From a virus: a stretch of 43,982 nucleotides of DNA. How positions within the stretch are numbered: position 1 is the stretch's first letter; each line of letters starts with the position of its first letter. The stretch is taken from the UHGV virus genome UHGV-0179801; one strand, 5' to 3'. The position numbers and the translations under genes were made by a program. The notes below the pieces were generated by a model. It worked only from the letters and a program-made list of their open reading frames with translations, did not search any database and was not told the origin of the DNA. Shown here one piece after another: positions 23,180 through 32,997 of this stretch.

Positions 23180-24417
23180 TTCTAAAAGAACGCGGCGGCA
23201 ATAACGATGTGCACGCCTTATTGTCACCATCAGGCGCTAAAAAGTGGTTAAGTTGCGCCGCATCACTGGCCTGTGAAAAAGATATTCCTAACACGTCCGG
23301 TAAAGCAGCCGTTACAGGAACCGCGTGTCACACTATAGCTGAGGTCCATCTAAACCAGTACATCAAAGGCACTGCGCTGCCGTTAGAGCGTGAAGTCGGT
23401 GCCTACGTGCTGGATGAGGGTAAAGGCCAGATTAAGGCGCTAATCAGCCCGATGAAAGGCGCTGTACTGATTACGGCGGACATGATTGAGCAAGTGCGCA
23501 AGTACACCGACTACTGCAAACCGATTATTGACGTCGCGACTTATGCCAAGCTGGAAATGCGCGTCAATCTTACTGAGGTATTGCATCCTGGTTATGAAGA
23601 CGTCGAGACGTTCGGGACAGCCGACCTTGTTGCCGTTCAGGAGCTGGCTAACTCCGACGAGCACATGCTTATCGTCGGCGACCTTAAAACCGGACGGCAT
23701 CGTGTCGAAGCGAAAGAAAACAAACAGCTTATGCTATACGCTCTCGGTGTTTATCGCCGACTCAAGAGACGTTATAACATCACCGTGGTTCGTCTGGTCA
23801 TCTTCCAGCCCTACGCTGGTGGTGCGTCGGAGTGGGACATCTCGGTTGAAGGCCTTGAACTGTTCGCTAAGTTTGCGCAGAAACGCGCACTGTTAGCTCT
23901 TGATGCGTATTTCCGTGGTAAGAAGAACCTGAAAGCATCGGATTTCAAGCCGTCTGTCGATGGTTGTCAGTGGTGTCGGTTCTCTGAACAATGCGCCGCG
24001 CGTACAAAGACGGTTAATTCTGTACTGGCAGAAGAACTGGAAGACGACTTTGCGCTGGAACTTACACCAGAGCAACTCGTAGCTGAGTATGAGAAGTTGC
24101 CGTTGTTGCGCCAGCACATCGACAAGGTTGAGAAAGCTATGGCCGCCGCGTTGCATTCCGGTAAGAAAGTGCCAGGGTACAAGCTGGTTGAAGGTAAGAT
24201 GGGCAACCGTGCGTGGAAAGACGCGGAGAAAGTGGCAGAACTGTACGGCGACAAGCTGACTAAAGAAGTGCTCATGACACCGACCGAAGCGGTTAAAGTA
24301 ATACCGGAAGAAGAACTGAAAGACTTCATTACCCGTAAGCCTGGCGCGCCATGCGTCGCAACGGCAGACGACAAACGGCCTGAATGGAATCAGGTTAGTG
24401 AAGAAGATTTGGAATAA
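23176..24417 (+). CDS. PD-(D/E)XK nuclease, Cas4/RecB-like recombination exonuclease
   Basis: Nuclease core GTADLVAV ... IVGDLKTG; one N-terminal Cys plus C-terminal CQWCRFSEQC cluster as in Cas4-like Fe-S nucleases; ATGA coupling upstream. Confidence 0.65.
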   Translation: MILKERGGNNDVHALLSPSGAKKWLSCAASLACEKDIPNTSGKAAVTGTACHTIAEVHLNQYIKGTALPLEREVGAYVLDEGKGQIKALISPMKGAVLITADMIEQVRKYTDYCKPIIDVATYAKLEMRVNLTEVLHPGYEDVETFGTADLVAVQELANSDEHMLIVGDLKTGRHRVEAKENKQLMLYALGVYRRLKRRYNITVVRLVIFQPYAGGASEWDISVEGLELFAKFAQKRALLALDAYFRGKKNLKASDFKPSVDGCQWCRFSEQCAARTKTVNSVLAEELEDDFALELTPEQLVAEYEKLPLLRQHIDKVEKAMAAALHSGKKVPGYKLVEGKMGNRAWKDAEKVAELYGDKLTKEVLMTPTEAVKVIPEEELKDFITRKPGAPCVATADDKRPEWNQVSEEDLE

Positions 24418-24421
24418 AGTG

Positions 24422-24447
24422 TTGACACCTGAATAGTTAGCTATTAT
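24422..24447 (+). promoter_or_regulatory. sigma70-like promoter TTGACA-N14/17-TATTAT/TATATT with AATAG-TTAG-CTATT repeat
   Basis: gttgacacctgaatagttagctattatattc upstream of the SSB-like gene. Confidence 0.55.
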
Positions 24448-24516
24448 ATTCTAATCACTGGCCGGGCAGCTCCCGGAGTAAACTTTGAAATATAAACTGA
24501 AAAGCGAGAAATCAAG

Positions 24517-25146
24517 ATGGGCATTAAACTGAATCTGCGTAAAGTAAACACTGCATGGGTTAACGTATTCGAACGCGCTGCCGACTCTGAGGACAAGAAA
24601 ACCGGTAAACTGATTAAGGGTAAATACCAGGTTACGGTTCTTATGCAGCCTGACCACCCTCAAATCGACGCGCTTTACGACACCGCGCTGGAAGTTGTAA
24701 CAGAGGCAATCGGGACCGCTGCTGCTGAAAAATGGATGAAGGCCAACTACGGTGTAGACCACCACGCAGATAAATGCTGCGTCCGTGACCTGGCAATGCG
24801 GGATAATCCGATTGAGGATTTTGAAGAAGGTCTGTATTTCCGCGCCACTAACAACCGTCAACCGGTGATTATGACATCGGCTAAAGGTGAAAAACAAACC
24901 GAGCCTGATTTCAACATCGATGGGCAGGAAGTAGAAGGCGAGCAGGTGTACAGCGGGTGTGTAGCAAACGTATCTGTAGAGTTATGGTGGCACAAAGAAT
25001 GGAAAAACCTGTGCGCTACCATCCTCGGCATCAAGTATGCTGGTGAAGGTAAACGCTTCGGCGGCTCCAGTGTAGTAGCGAGCACCGACGACCTGGAAGA
25101 CGACGAAGAAGATGGAGCACCACGCCGCGAACGTCGCCGTCGTTAA
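24517..25146 (+). CDS. single-stranded DNA-binding/annealing protein (putative)
   Basis: 209 aa with acidic tract DDLEDDEEDG near the C-terminus; located between the nuclease and the polymerase; assignment by context and composition. Confidence 0.5.
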   Translation: MGIKLNLRKVNTAWVNVFERAADSEDKKTGKLIKGKYQVTVLMQPDHPQIDALYDTALEVVTEAIGTAAAEKWMKANYGVDHHADKCCVRDLAMRDNPIEDFEEGLYFRATNNRQPVIMTSAKGEKQTEPDFNIDGQEVEGEQVYSGCVANVSVELWWHKEWKNLCATILGIKYAGEGKRFGGSSVVASTDDLEDDEEDGAPRRERRRR

Positions 25147-25165
25147 TATCTGAATCAATTTTACT

Positions 25166-25189
25166 AAGGCCCTTCATTGGGCCTTTTTA
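25166..25189 (+). terminator. rho-independent terminator (AAGGCCC-ttcatt-GGGCCTT-TTT)
   Basis: 7-bp stem and T-run about 20 nt after the SSB-like stop. Confidence 0.55.
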
Positions 25190-25202
25190 CTAAGGGTCGA
25201 AA

Positions 25203-25361
25203 ATGATGTTTTTCTGTAAGCACGTTTATCGCTATATGAAACCGCTTCCGTGGTACGCGGATGAGTACCGGGCCGGGTACGGGCATGTGTGGATTTGCCG
25301 TGATTGTATGAAAATAAGACTCAGCGAAACGAAGGCACTGGATTTAAGGAAAAAGAAATGA
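25203..25361 (+). CDS. small Cys/His protein (52 aa, zinc-ribbon-like)
   Basis: Not in track; ATG 25203 after AAGGGTCGAAA; CKH...CRDC; its stop overlaps the polymerase ATG (ATGA). Confidence 0.35.
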   Translation: MMFFCKHVYRYMKPLPWYADEYRAGYGHVWICRDCMKIRLSETKALDLRKKK

Positions 25362-27559
25362 GCTATTTATACCTGGACTTTGAAACATTCTCCGAGGCCG
25401 ATTTGAAGAAAGTCGGTTCCTACGCTTACGCCGAACACCCAACCACAGAAGTGCTTATCTGTACCTATGCTTTTGACGACGAGCCTGTGCAGGTATGGGA
25501 TTGCACCGACGGCAGCGACATGCCAGGTGATTTACACCGCGCGTTACGCCGTCTGGTGAAGCTGAACAGCCACATTAAGATGGTGTGGCATAACGGCTCA
25601 ATGTTCGATCGCCTCATCATGAAACACTGCTGGGGTTTTGATATTCCGGTAAGCAACACCATTGATACGATGATTTGGGCGTTTCGTCACGCGCTGCCGG
25701 GTTCTCTTGATGCGTTGTGCGAAGTGCTTGGCGTATCTGCTGACAACGCGAAAGACAAACGAGGCAAGGCGCTGATTCAGCGTTTTTCTAAACCGACACC
25801 GAAGAACTACAAAATCCGCCGTTACACCGCAGAAACACACCCGGACGAGTGGGCGTTGTTCATCAAGTACGCTGTGAGTGACATCACCGCGATGCGCGAA
25901 GTATTCCATAAGCTGCCGCGTTGGGGTAACTCAGAGTTTGAAGACCGTGTACTGGAACTGGACCAGCTAATCAACGACCGCGGGTTTAAGGTTGACGTCG
26001 CACTGGCAGAAGCCGCGATTGAAGCCGTGGAGAAACACAAGGCACAGTTACAGGAAGAAGCCCAACGTAAATACGGCGGCTCGCTTACCGGAAATGACTT
26101 CCTTCCGATTCTGCGTGAACTCGCACCGGCGCACCGTATTCACAACGCGCAGAAGTCTACACTTAACGACCTGCTGGCGGACGATGATTTACCTGACGAC
26201 GCCCGGACGATTATCGAAATGCGCCTCGGGGCGGCGTCTACTGCGTCAACGAAATATAACCCGCTGCTGTTGGGTCGCTCGTCTGACGACCGTCGTCGCG
26301 GTTGCTTGCAGTACGGTGGGGCGAAACGTACTCTGCGATGGGCAGGTAAAGGCTTCCAGCCGCAGAACCTGGCACGCGGTTACTATCACGATGATGAGCT
26401 GGATAAAGGCATTTCGGCGTTACTTAAGGGCCGCGCCCATCGCCGTTTCGATGTAGCCAAGCTAACGGCATCGACGGTTCGTAGTTGCATCATACCGGAA
26501 GCCGGGCACAAGTTTGTCGTAGCTGATTACTCTAACGTCGAAGGTCGGGGGCTTGCGTGGTTGGCTGGTGAAGAAACCGCGCTCGATACCTTCCGCGCCG
26601 GGTTGGATATTTACTGCGTAACCGCGGGCAAGATGTTCGGCATGGACCCTGATGACATTAAGAAAAACTTCAAGGAAATCAGACAGATAGGCAAGGCATG
26701 CGAACTTGGCCTCGGCTACGAGGGGGGCGTAGGTGCTTTCGTTACGTTTGCTAAAAACTTAGGTCTTGACCTTATTGAGATGGCAAAAACAATGGACGGG
26801 ACTTTCCCCGACCACATCTGGGCTGCTACCGCACGTGGGTATGAGTGGGCGCGTATACAAGAAGCAAAGCGCCCTCCACATCCAGGTGAAAAGGATGACA
26901 GACCATCGTATATTCTGGACAAGAAAGTGTGGCGCACATGCGATGCGATCAAGCGTATGTGGCGCGAGTCACACCCGGAAACAGTAGCGTTCTGGCGCGA
27001 CCTTAAAGACGGAATCTTAGCCGCTGTTCGTAATCCTGGACGTGAATTTTGGGCGGGGGCACACTTGCGCAGGAATGGGGAAAGGGCGATCCGCATATGG
27101 CGTAATGTAGAATTTGATTCGTCCGGTAGGAAGGTTCCGGGTTGGTGGTTGTGTGTGGAGTTGCCGTCAGGCCGTATCCTCTCGTATCCGGGAATTGGGG
27201 TTAGTGTGACAAAGGAAACAGACGAGGACGGACGGGTGAACACGAATGTGCGAATCAAGTATCAAGGCGAAAACCAGTTAACCCGCCAATGGACCACCCT
27301 GTACACACACGGCGGCAAAGCCTGTGAAAACATTGTCCAGGCGCTGTGCCGTGATTTACTCGCATATGCGATGATTAATGTTGAGGGCGGCGGGTACCCC
27401 ATCGTGCTTTCGGTACACGATGAACTGGTATGTGAAACTCCAGATACAGCGGATTACACGGTACATGATCTGGAAAAATTAATGTGCGCGTTGCCTAAGT
27501 GGGCAGAAGGCTTCCCTCTTGTAGCGGAAGGTCAGGAGTTAAAACGCTATGCTAAGTAA
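25358..27559 (+). CDS. DNA polymerase, family A, with 3'-5' exonuclease domain
   Basis: Exo I LDFETFS; polymerase motif A DYSNVEGRGLAWLAGE; motif B RQIGKACELGLGYEGG; motif C SVHDELV. ATG 25358 preferred over track start 25304. Confidence 0.85.
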   Translation: MSYLYLDFETFSEADLKKVGSYAYAEHPTTEVLICTYAFDDEPVQVWDCTDGSDMPGDLHRALRRLVKLNSHIKMVWHNGSMFDRLIMKHCWGFDIPVSNTIDTMIWAFRHALPGSLDALCEVLGVSADNAKDKRGKALIQRFSKPTPKNYKIRRYTAETHPDEWALFIKYAVSDITAMREVFHKLPRWGNSEFEDRVLELDQLINDRGFKVDVALAEAAIEAVEKHKAQLQEEAQRKYGGSLTGNDFLPILRELAPAHRIHNAQKSTLNDLLADDDLPDDARTIIEMRLGAASTASTKYNPLLLGRSSDDRRRGCLQYGGAKRTLRWAGKGFQPQNLARGYYHDDELDKGISALLKGRAHRRFDVAKLTASTVRSCIIPEAGHKFVVADYSNVEGRGLAWLAGEETALDTFRAGLDIYCVTAGKMFGMDPDDIKKNFKEIRQIGKACELGLGYEGGVGAFVTFAKNLGLDLIEMAKTMDGTFPDHIWAATARGYEWARIQEAKRPPHPGEKDDRPSYILDKKVWRTCDAIKRMWRESHPETVAFWRDLKDGILAAVRNPGREFWAGAHLRRNGERAIRIWRNVEFDSSGRKVPGWWLCVELPSGRILSYPGIGVSVTKETDEDGRVNTNVRIKYQGENQLTRQWTTLYTHGGKACENIVQALCRDLLAYAMINVEGGGYPIVLSVHDELVCETPDTADYTVHDLEKLMCALPKWAEGFPLVAEGQELKRYAK

Positions 27560-27680
27560 ACTGATTATCGCGATACTGGCGGGATTCGCCGCTGGTGTCT
27601 ACTGTCACGAGGGTCAATACGGCATGATTGTCGCCGTGTTAGGTATGTTCATCGCAATTTATCTGTGGGTGCTGGAATGA
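27549..27680 (+). CDS. small membrane protein (43 aa)
   Basis: Not in track; two hydrophobic segments; overlaps the polymerase stop. Confidence 0.3.
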   Translation: MLSKLIIAILAGFAAGVYCHEGQYGMIVAVLGMFIAIYLWVLE

Positions 27681-27761
27681 AAATTTACTTGTTCTACGAA
27701 GAAGACTGCCGAATCTGTCCGCGCTGCGGGATTGAACATACAAAACGGGAGGGGTGCGTAG

Positions 27762-28067
27762 ATGAGCACGCCTGAGGGCCGCGTACAGAAATACGCAAAG
27801 GAGCGATTCGAGGCCATTGGTGGCCTCGTTAGAAAGCTGTCTTATGAGGGTAGAAACGGAGCGCCTGACCTGCTGGTAGTCCTTCCGGGAGGGGTGATAT
27901 GGTTCGTCGAGGTGAAGAAAGACGAAAACACGGAACCGGAGGCCCATCAGTTGCGGGAACACAAACGGCTTCGTAAACGTGACGCAAATGTTTTTGTAGT
28001 AGGAACAAAAGAAGAGGTTGACACCCTAATAGCGAACTATTATAGTAGCCATACACCAACAATATAA
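27762..28067 (+). CDS. VRR-NUC domain nuclease
   Basis: GAPDLLVVLPGGVIWFVEVKK matches the VRR-NUC PD-(D/E)XK signature; GGGAGGGG RBS. Confidence 0.65.
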   Translation: MSTPEGRVQKYAKERFEAIGGLVRKLSYEGRNGAPDLLVVLPGGVIWFVEVKKDENTEPEAHQLREHKRLRKRDANVFVVGTKEEVDTLIANYYSSHTPTI

Positions 28068-28078
28068 GGAATTGAGAA

Positions 28079-28270
28079 ATGAAATACGAATATGACCGTA
28101 AACCAGCACGTGACATCGTACCTGGCGACATGATTTTCAATGTTAAGACCCGCCGTCCTGTTGCCGTTGATACGGTGTACGTAGAGTCGAACGGTAAACT
28201 GGTTATCGAAGATGTAACCGGTAATATTACGGCGTTTGGGCGTAAAGAGTTAGTTCTGGTGGCGAAATGA
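28079..28270 (+). CDS. hypothetical protein (63 aa)
   Basis: Track ORF; AAGGAATTGAGAA RBS; ATGA coupling to the methyltransferase gene. Confidence 0.45.
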   Translation: MKYEYDRKPARDIVPGDMIFNVKTRRPVAVDTVYVESNGKLVIEDVTGNITAFGRKELVLVAK

Positions 28271-29211
28271 ACTATTACAATGAATGGGATAAAGGCGCTG
28301 CCGCGTGGCTGCGTGAATTAATAAAACAGGGGCACATACCTTTTGGAGTTGTAGATGAAAGAAGTATTACCGAAGTTAAGCCAGAAGACCTCGACGGATT
28401 CACCCAGTGTCATTTTTTCGCTGGTATCGGCGGCTGGCCTCTCGCGCTCAGACTTGCGGGAGTTCCGGAAGATGCGCCTCTCTGGACGGGAAGCCCGCCT
28501 TGCCAACCGTTTAGCGCGGCGGGAAAGCAACTTGGACAGTTCGACCCGAGACACCTCGCGCCAGTCTTCCTCGACCTCATCAGCGAGTGCCGCCCTCCAG
28601 TCCTCTTTGGGGAACAGGTTGCGCCAGCAATTGCAAAATCGTGGATGTGCGATTTACAAACTCATCTGGAAGGAGAAGACTACGCCGTCGGGTTTGCTGT
28701 ACTCCCAGCTTGTAGCGTCGGCGCACCGCACAAAAGAGAACGACTCTTCTTTGGTGCGCACGAATTGGCCTACACCGACAGCGAACGACTACAAGGGGAG
28801 TGGAGAGACAGTGATTCGCAAGGACGGGAAGGACAGAACATTCGACAGGCTGGACTACTCAACGGAGCAGGGGCTGAAACTGACGAGTTGGCCTACTCCT
28901 CGCAGTGCGGACGGAGAAAAGAACGTGAGAACATTAGAGGGGTCGCTATCAGAGATTCGGAGGAAGGGTGGGCCTCAGGACGTAGCGCAAGCTGCTGCAA
29001 TAACACAGCCAATCCGCATCACGGCTTCTGGTCAGACGCTGACTGGCTTGGATGCAGGGACGGAAAGTTCAGGCCAGTTGAATCCGGCACATTCCCGCTG
29101 GCTAATGGGATACCCGCCAGAGTGGGACGATTGCGCGGTTACGGCAATGCCATCGTCCCGCAAGTAGCCGCTGAATTTATAAAGGCGTTCATGGGGGCTG
29201 TAAATGAGTAA
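28267..29211 (+). CDS. DNA (cytosine-5)-methyltransferase, reading frame apparently disrupted
   Basis: Frame 1: motif I FFAGIGGW (28411-28437), motif IV GSPPCQPFSAAGKQ (PCQ), motif VIII PHKRERLFFG, motif X GYGNAIVPQ (29137-29163). Frame 2 (track ORF 28355..29167): NWPTPTANDYKG, SWPTPRSADGEK and motif IX RWLMGYPPEW (29099-29125). Confidence 0.6.
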   Translation: MNYYNEWDKGAAAWLRELIKQGHIPFGVVDERSITEVKPEDLDGFTQCHFFAGIGGWPLALRLAGVPEDAPLWTGSPPCQPFSAAGKQLGQFDPRHLAPVFLDLISECRPPVLFGEQVAPAIAKSWMCDLQTHLEGEDYAVGFAVLPACSVGAPHKRERLFFGAHELAYTDSERLQGEWRDSDSQGREGQNIRQAGLLNGAGAETDELAYSSQCGRRKERENIRGVAIRDSEEGWASGRSASCCNNTANPHHGFWSDADWLGCRDGKFRPVESGTFPLANGIPARVGRLRGYGNAIVPQVAAEFIKAFMGAVNE

Positions 29212-30628
29212 GTTTCAAAGGCGCGAGTACCAAAAGCTCATGACCTCGTTCATGTTGCGGCATCATCGATGCAACATATGGGCAAGCATGGGCGCCGGGA
29301 AGACTGGCAGCGTACTGTGGGCTTTAAACCGACTGTTCCGCAACGGCCAACTTAATGACGACGACCGCGTGTTAATCCTTGCCCCGCTGCGCGTTGCATC
29401 AGGTACATGGCCGGCAGAACAAGAGAAATGGCAATTCCCATGTCTGAGCGTCGTAGATGCGACAGGTTCAGAGAAGCGCCGCATCGCGGCGCTGGAGTCT
29501 GACGCTAACGTGGTATGCACGAACCACGAAGTTATCGAGTGGCTGATTGACTACTACGGCAAGGATGACTGGCCCTTCACGGTTATCGTCGCAGACGAGA
29601 GCACGAAGCTGAAATCATTTCGTAGCCGTTCGGGTGGCAGCAAGCGGGCGAAAGCGCTCAGCAAAGTGGCGTTCGGAAAGGTTAAGCGCTTCATCAACCT
29701 GACTGGTACACCGTCGCCGAACGGCCTCAAAGATTTGTGGGGCCAAAACTGGTTTATAGACGCGGGCGAGCGTCTTGGTTCTTCATACACGGCATTCACC
29801 GACCGATGGTTTAACTCGGTACAGAAAGGTAAGTCAGCGATGGACCGTGAGTATCACGCACGCCCAGGCGCAGATAACGAGATTCATCAGAAGATGAAGG
29901 ACATTAGTCTCACGATTGACGCTGCCGAGTGGTTCGGTTGCGAAGCGCCGATTATTGTACCGGTTGAAATCGACCTGCCGAAGAAAGCGCGCCAGGCGTA
30001 CGTCGATATGGAGGAGAAGTTATTTGCGGAACTCGAGAGCGGAGAAGTTGAAGCCGCTAATGCGGCAGCGAAGACATCGAAGTGTCTCCAGATTGCATCA
30101 GGTGCCGTGTATGTATCAGGGCCCGACGGTGAAGCAACGAAAGACTGGGAGAAAGTGCACGACACGAAACTGGATGCGCTGGAGTCCATTGTCGAGGAGT
30201 TGCAGGGTGCGCCGTTGCTGGTGGCCTATCAGTTTAAGCACGAACTGGAGCGTATCCTTAAGCGATTCCCGCAGGCGCAGGCGTTTGCAAAAGGCGCTAA
30301 GGGTAATAAGCAGATGGAAGCGTGGAACCGCGGGGAAATCGAAATCTTATGCGTACACCCTGCGTCAGCCGGGCACGGCCTCAATTTACAGGACGGTGGG
30401 CACCACCTGGCGTTCATATCGCAAGGCTGGAACCTTGAGCACTATTTGCAGGTTGTTGAGCGCATAGGCCCGGTACGCCAGAAACAGGCAGGCCACGAGC
30501 GCCCGGTGTTCCTGTATCACATCGTCGCTAAAGATACGCTGGACGAGGTTGTTGCTGCGCGTACGGACGAGAAGAAATCGGTACAGGAAGAGTTGCTTAA
30601 TTACATGAAGAGACGAGGTAAGAAATGA
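29204..30628 (+). CDS. SNF2-family (SF2) helicase
   Basis: Walker A SMGAGKTGS; motif II VIVADESTKLK; C-terminal HPASAGHGLNLQ typical of SNF2 helicase-C; start overlaps the methyltransferase stop. Confidence 0.75.
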   Translation: MSKFQRREYQKLMTSFMLRHHRCNIWASMGAGKTGSVLWALNRLFRNGQLNDDDRVLILAPLRVASGTWPAEQEKWQFPCLSVVDATGSEKRRIAALESDANVVCTNHEVIEWLIDYYGKDDWPFTVIVADESTKLKSFRSRSGGSKRAKALSKVAFGKVKRFINLTGTPSPNGLKDLWGQNWFIDAGERLGSSYTAFTDRWFNSVQKGKSAMDREYHARPGADNEIHQKMKDISLTIDAAEWFGCEAPIIVPVEIDLPKKARQAYVDMEEKLFAELESGEVEAANAAAKTSKCLQIASGAVYVSGPDGEATKDWEKVHDTKLDALESIVEELQGAPLLVAYQFKHELERILKRFPQAQAFAKGAKGNKQMEAWNRGEIEILCVHPASAGHGLNLQDGGHHLAFISQGWNLEHYLQVVERIGPVRQKQAGHERPVFLYHIVAKDTLDEVVAARTDEKKSVQEELLNYMKRRGKK

Positions 30629-30762
30629 ACATCATAGCCCCGATTCCGGCATTGCAAAAACGTATCAAGGAACTTGAAGAGGAGGTTCTACGACTACGAC
30701 AGCAGAGAGATGCCGCTAATGCGCAACTGGCGTTTGTACTGGAGAAGTTATCCGAAGAGTAG
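30625..30762 (+). CDS. small coiled-coil protein (45 aa)
   Basis: Not in track; ATGA-coupled to the SNF2 gene; last ORF before the convergent terminator. Confidence 0.35.
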   Translation: MNIIAPIPALQKRIKELEEEVLRLRQQRDAANAQLAFVLEKLSEE

Positions 30763-30766
30763 AGAA

Positions 30767-30793
30767 AAGGCCCCAAACGGGGCCTTAGTTTTA
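30767..30793. terminator. bidirectional rho-independent terminator (AAGGCCCC-aaac-GGGGCCTT)
   Basis: 8-bp stem; T-rich tracts on both strands (agtttta on plus, ttttctct on minus); sits between the convergent replication operon and the tailspike gene. Confidence 0.6.
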
Positions 30794-30795
30794 TG

Positions 30796-32985
30796 CTAAT
30801 TATTATCCTCCACCACCTCAAGAACGCCATTGTTAGAGCGAAGTCTTTTATATGCATTATCACCTACATCACGAACAATAACACCACCAGATGCATACAC
30901 AGTATTGAATCTACCATCCACACCACCGAGGTTCTGAACATTATCGGCAACAGGCGTCAATACACCAGCAACACGATTAGCTTTACGGGCATACCAGACA
31001 TTCTTGCCAACATCTTTATCCATCGGGGTATCAAAGTTAAAACTGGTGCTGTTAGTGGAGAGTCCTGATTCAGATGCAGATGAAGTATCAACAATTAACT
31101 TGAGTGTTCCGCCAGTAAGCCCATCAGACGCAACATACAATTCTGCATTCTTAAAGTTACTTAACCCACCTAACCCATTAGCAAACGTAACCTTGCTGGC
31201 ATCCCCATAAACAATCAGTCTGTTCTCTTTAAACCTTTCAGCATATAACCCGAACGCCACCCCGTCCTGATCATGGATGTCGATGGTTGCATGAGTAATA
31301 TTAATAGTGGGTGGGATACCAAATGTAATGGTGTTCCCTCTAAACTCTTTAACTTTGAAGTTCAAACGATACTCATTGGCATAGTCATTTGCATACCTGT
31401 TCTGAAATTCACAGTCAATGAAGCTATAGCATTCAAGACCCATAGGAGCTGGTGAGCCGGTATCAATAACGCTGCCTATAATGGTTGTACCTACAAACTT
31501 AATATTGCGCGCATTACCTGCGTTAAATACAGCACCGTCAGAGTGCATACTATGTAGCACACCACCAACAACCGTAATATCGTTAACAGTACCTGGTACG
31601 GATACAGTCTGTAATGCACCCTTACCTGTGTTAACAATTTTAGGGTTAATGATTCTAATGTTGTAAGGGTTGCCTCCTTCAGCCTCAATATCAATACCTG
31701 CTTCTGGACCAGAGAAGTGCGTACCAATGCCTGTTGCCAGACGACCAGATCTGGTAATGATTGGATTGATAATGTCAATGTTTGCACCGCCGGTTAATGA
31801 ATAGCAATTACGCCCACAATCCTGAAACACGCAGGTGTCCACTACTGTATTAGGGATGATGTCAAGAAAACTTCTTTCACCAGTGGCTTGCATATGAAGA
31901 CCATCAACAGCGGAGTTTTTAAAGGTGTGTCGCGCTATCTGAAATCCTTCTGACTGATTCACCCACATGTTATATGCTGGCACTTGATACCCTGTATTGC
32001 CGTACTTCCCACCCCACTGAAGGTTAACAAGGTTTCCATCTGTAGCACCGTTTTTTATTTCCACATTAGGCGCAAGATAAATTTTTATCAGATAACCAGT
32101 TGATGCGAGGTAATTTGCATCAGGAGTCTCAGAAACAACATCGGATGCAGGATTTCCGGTTACAGGGTCGTAAGCGCCTACCCTAAGCCCACTATTTAAT
32201 TTCAAGGTCCATCCCGACATATCCAAAATTATTTTTTGATTTGTTTGCGCGACGGAAAACCACCCCATAGCAGAAGGATCTGACCATGAACGAGATTGAT
32301 AAGATGGCCGGTATGAATACCCCAATCCATATGCACCAGCTAATTGCTGAGAGCCTACGAGACTGACACCTGAAGGAAATACTACGTATAGAGGCTCTGT
32401 GGATGAGGATAAATATTGACCTAGCGCCCAAAGAGCGTCTGCATTGTCGGAAGAATCAGTTTTTACACCAAAATCCTCTGCATAGATGACTCGGATATTT
32501 ATTTTATCCAATGCGGCAGTGACTGTTTCTGCAATTAACGATTTGGGGTTTTTGTACCCTATCAACGACCCGCCGTCAGGGGCCTCCGTAGACGATAATT
32601 GTGATCGTAAATCAGGGTCTGTCTGCGGTTTCCAGTCCGCATTACCAACAGGGTTAAAACCAGCCGGAACCGTAACTGGAAGCGTACCTGCATACGAATA
32701 CCACGTTTTACTTACAGGGTCGTAGACAACTTTGCCTCGGTCGTTAGCCGTGAGAGTGCCTCCGGCGGAAAAGTCCCACGACACAGGCGAAAAGCCAGCG
32801 TCGCGCAACACGGCAGGGAGTGTCTTCTGTGTCTGCCCCGTAACGGCGTTTGTCGCGTAGTCGATATCTGCGCCACCAGCAACACCCCCGGATTTACCTG
32901 TAATAACCTCGGCTTCGAAAATCTGGTGTTTCTTGGCGGTCTGTAAATCCGCCAGGCTTAAAACGTCACCACATCCGCTTGACAT
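30796..32985 (-). CDS. tailspike / tail fibre protein with beta-helix-type repeats (putative depolymerase)
   Basis: 729 aa at the distal end of the tail module; AAAGAGGA RBS; Gly/Asn/Thr-rich repetitive body typical of right-handed beta-helix receptor-binding proteins. Confidence 0.7.
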   Translation of the reverse strand: MSSGCGDVLSLADLQTAKKHQIFEAEVITGKSGGVAGGADIDYATNAVTGQTQKTLPAVLRDAGFSPVSWDFSAGGTLTANDRGKVVYDPVSKTWYSYAGTLPVTVPAGFNPVGNADWKPQTDPDLRSQLSSTEAPDGGSLIGYKNPKSLIAETVTAALDKINIRVIYAEDFGVKTDSSDNADALWALGQYLSSSTEPLYVVFPSGVSLVGSQQLAGAYGLGYSYRPSYQSRSWSDPSAMGWFSVAQTNQKIILDMSGWTLKLNSGLRVGAYDPVTGNPASDVVSETPDANYLASTGYLIKIYLAPNVEIKNGATDGNLVNLQWGGKYGNTGYQVPAYNMWVNQSEGFQIARHTFKNSAVDGLHMQATGERSFLDIIPNTVVDTCVFQDCGRNCYSLTGGANIDIINPIITRSGRLATGIGTHFSGPEAGIDIEAEGGNPYNIRIINPKIVNTGKGALQTVSVPGTVNDITVVGGVLHSMHSDGAVFNAGNARNIKFVGTTIIGSVIDTGSPAPMGLECYSFIDCEFQNRYANDYANEYRLNFKVKEFRGNTITFGIPPTINITHATIDIHDQDGVAFGLYAERFKENRLIVYGDASKVTFANGLGGLSNFKNAELYVASDGLTGGTLKLIVDTSSASESGLSTNSTSFNFDTPMDKDVGKNVWYARKANRVAGVLTPVADNVQNLGGVDGRFNTVYASGGVIVRDVGDNAYKRLRSNNGVLEVVEDNN

Positions 32986-32997
32986 ATAGAGTCCTCT

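Noticed and set aside
28355-29167. 270-aa ORF treated as an independent gene overlapping the methyltransferase
   Set aside because: Its first ~130 codons look like out-of-frame translation, while its distal part carries methyltransferase motif IX and WPTP repeats; it is the second frame of the same enzyme, not a separate gene.
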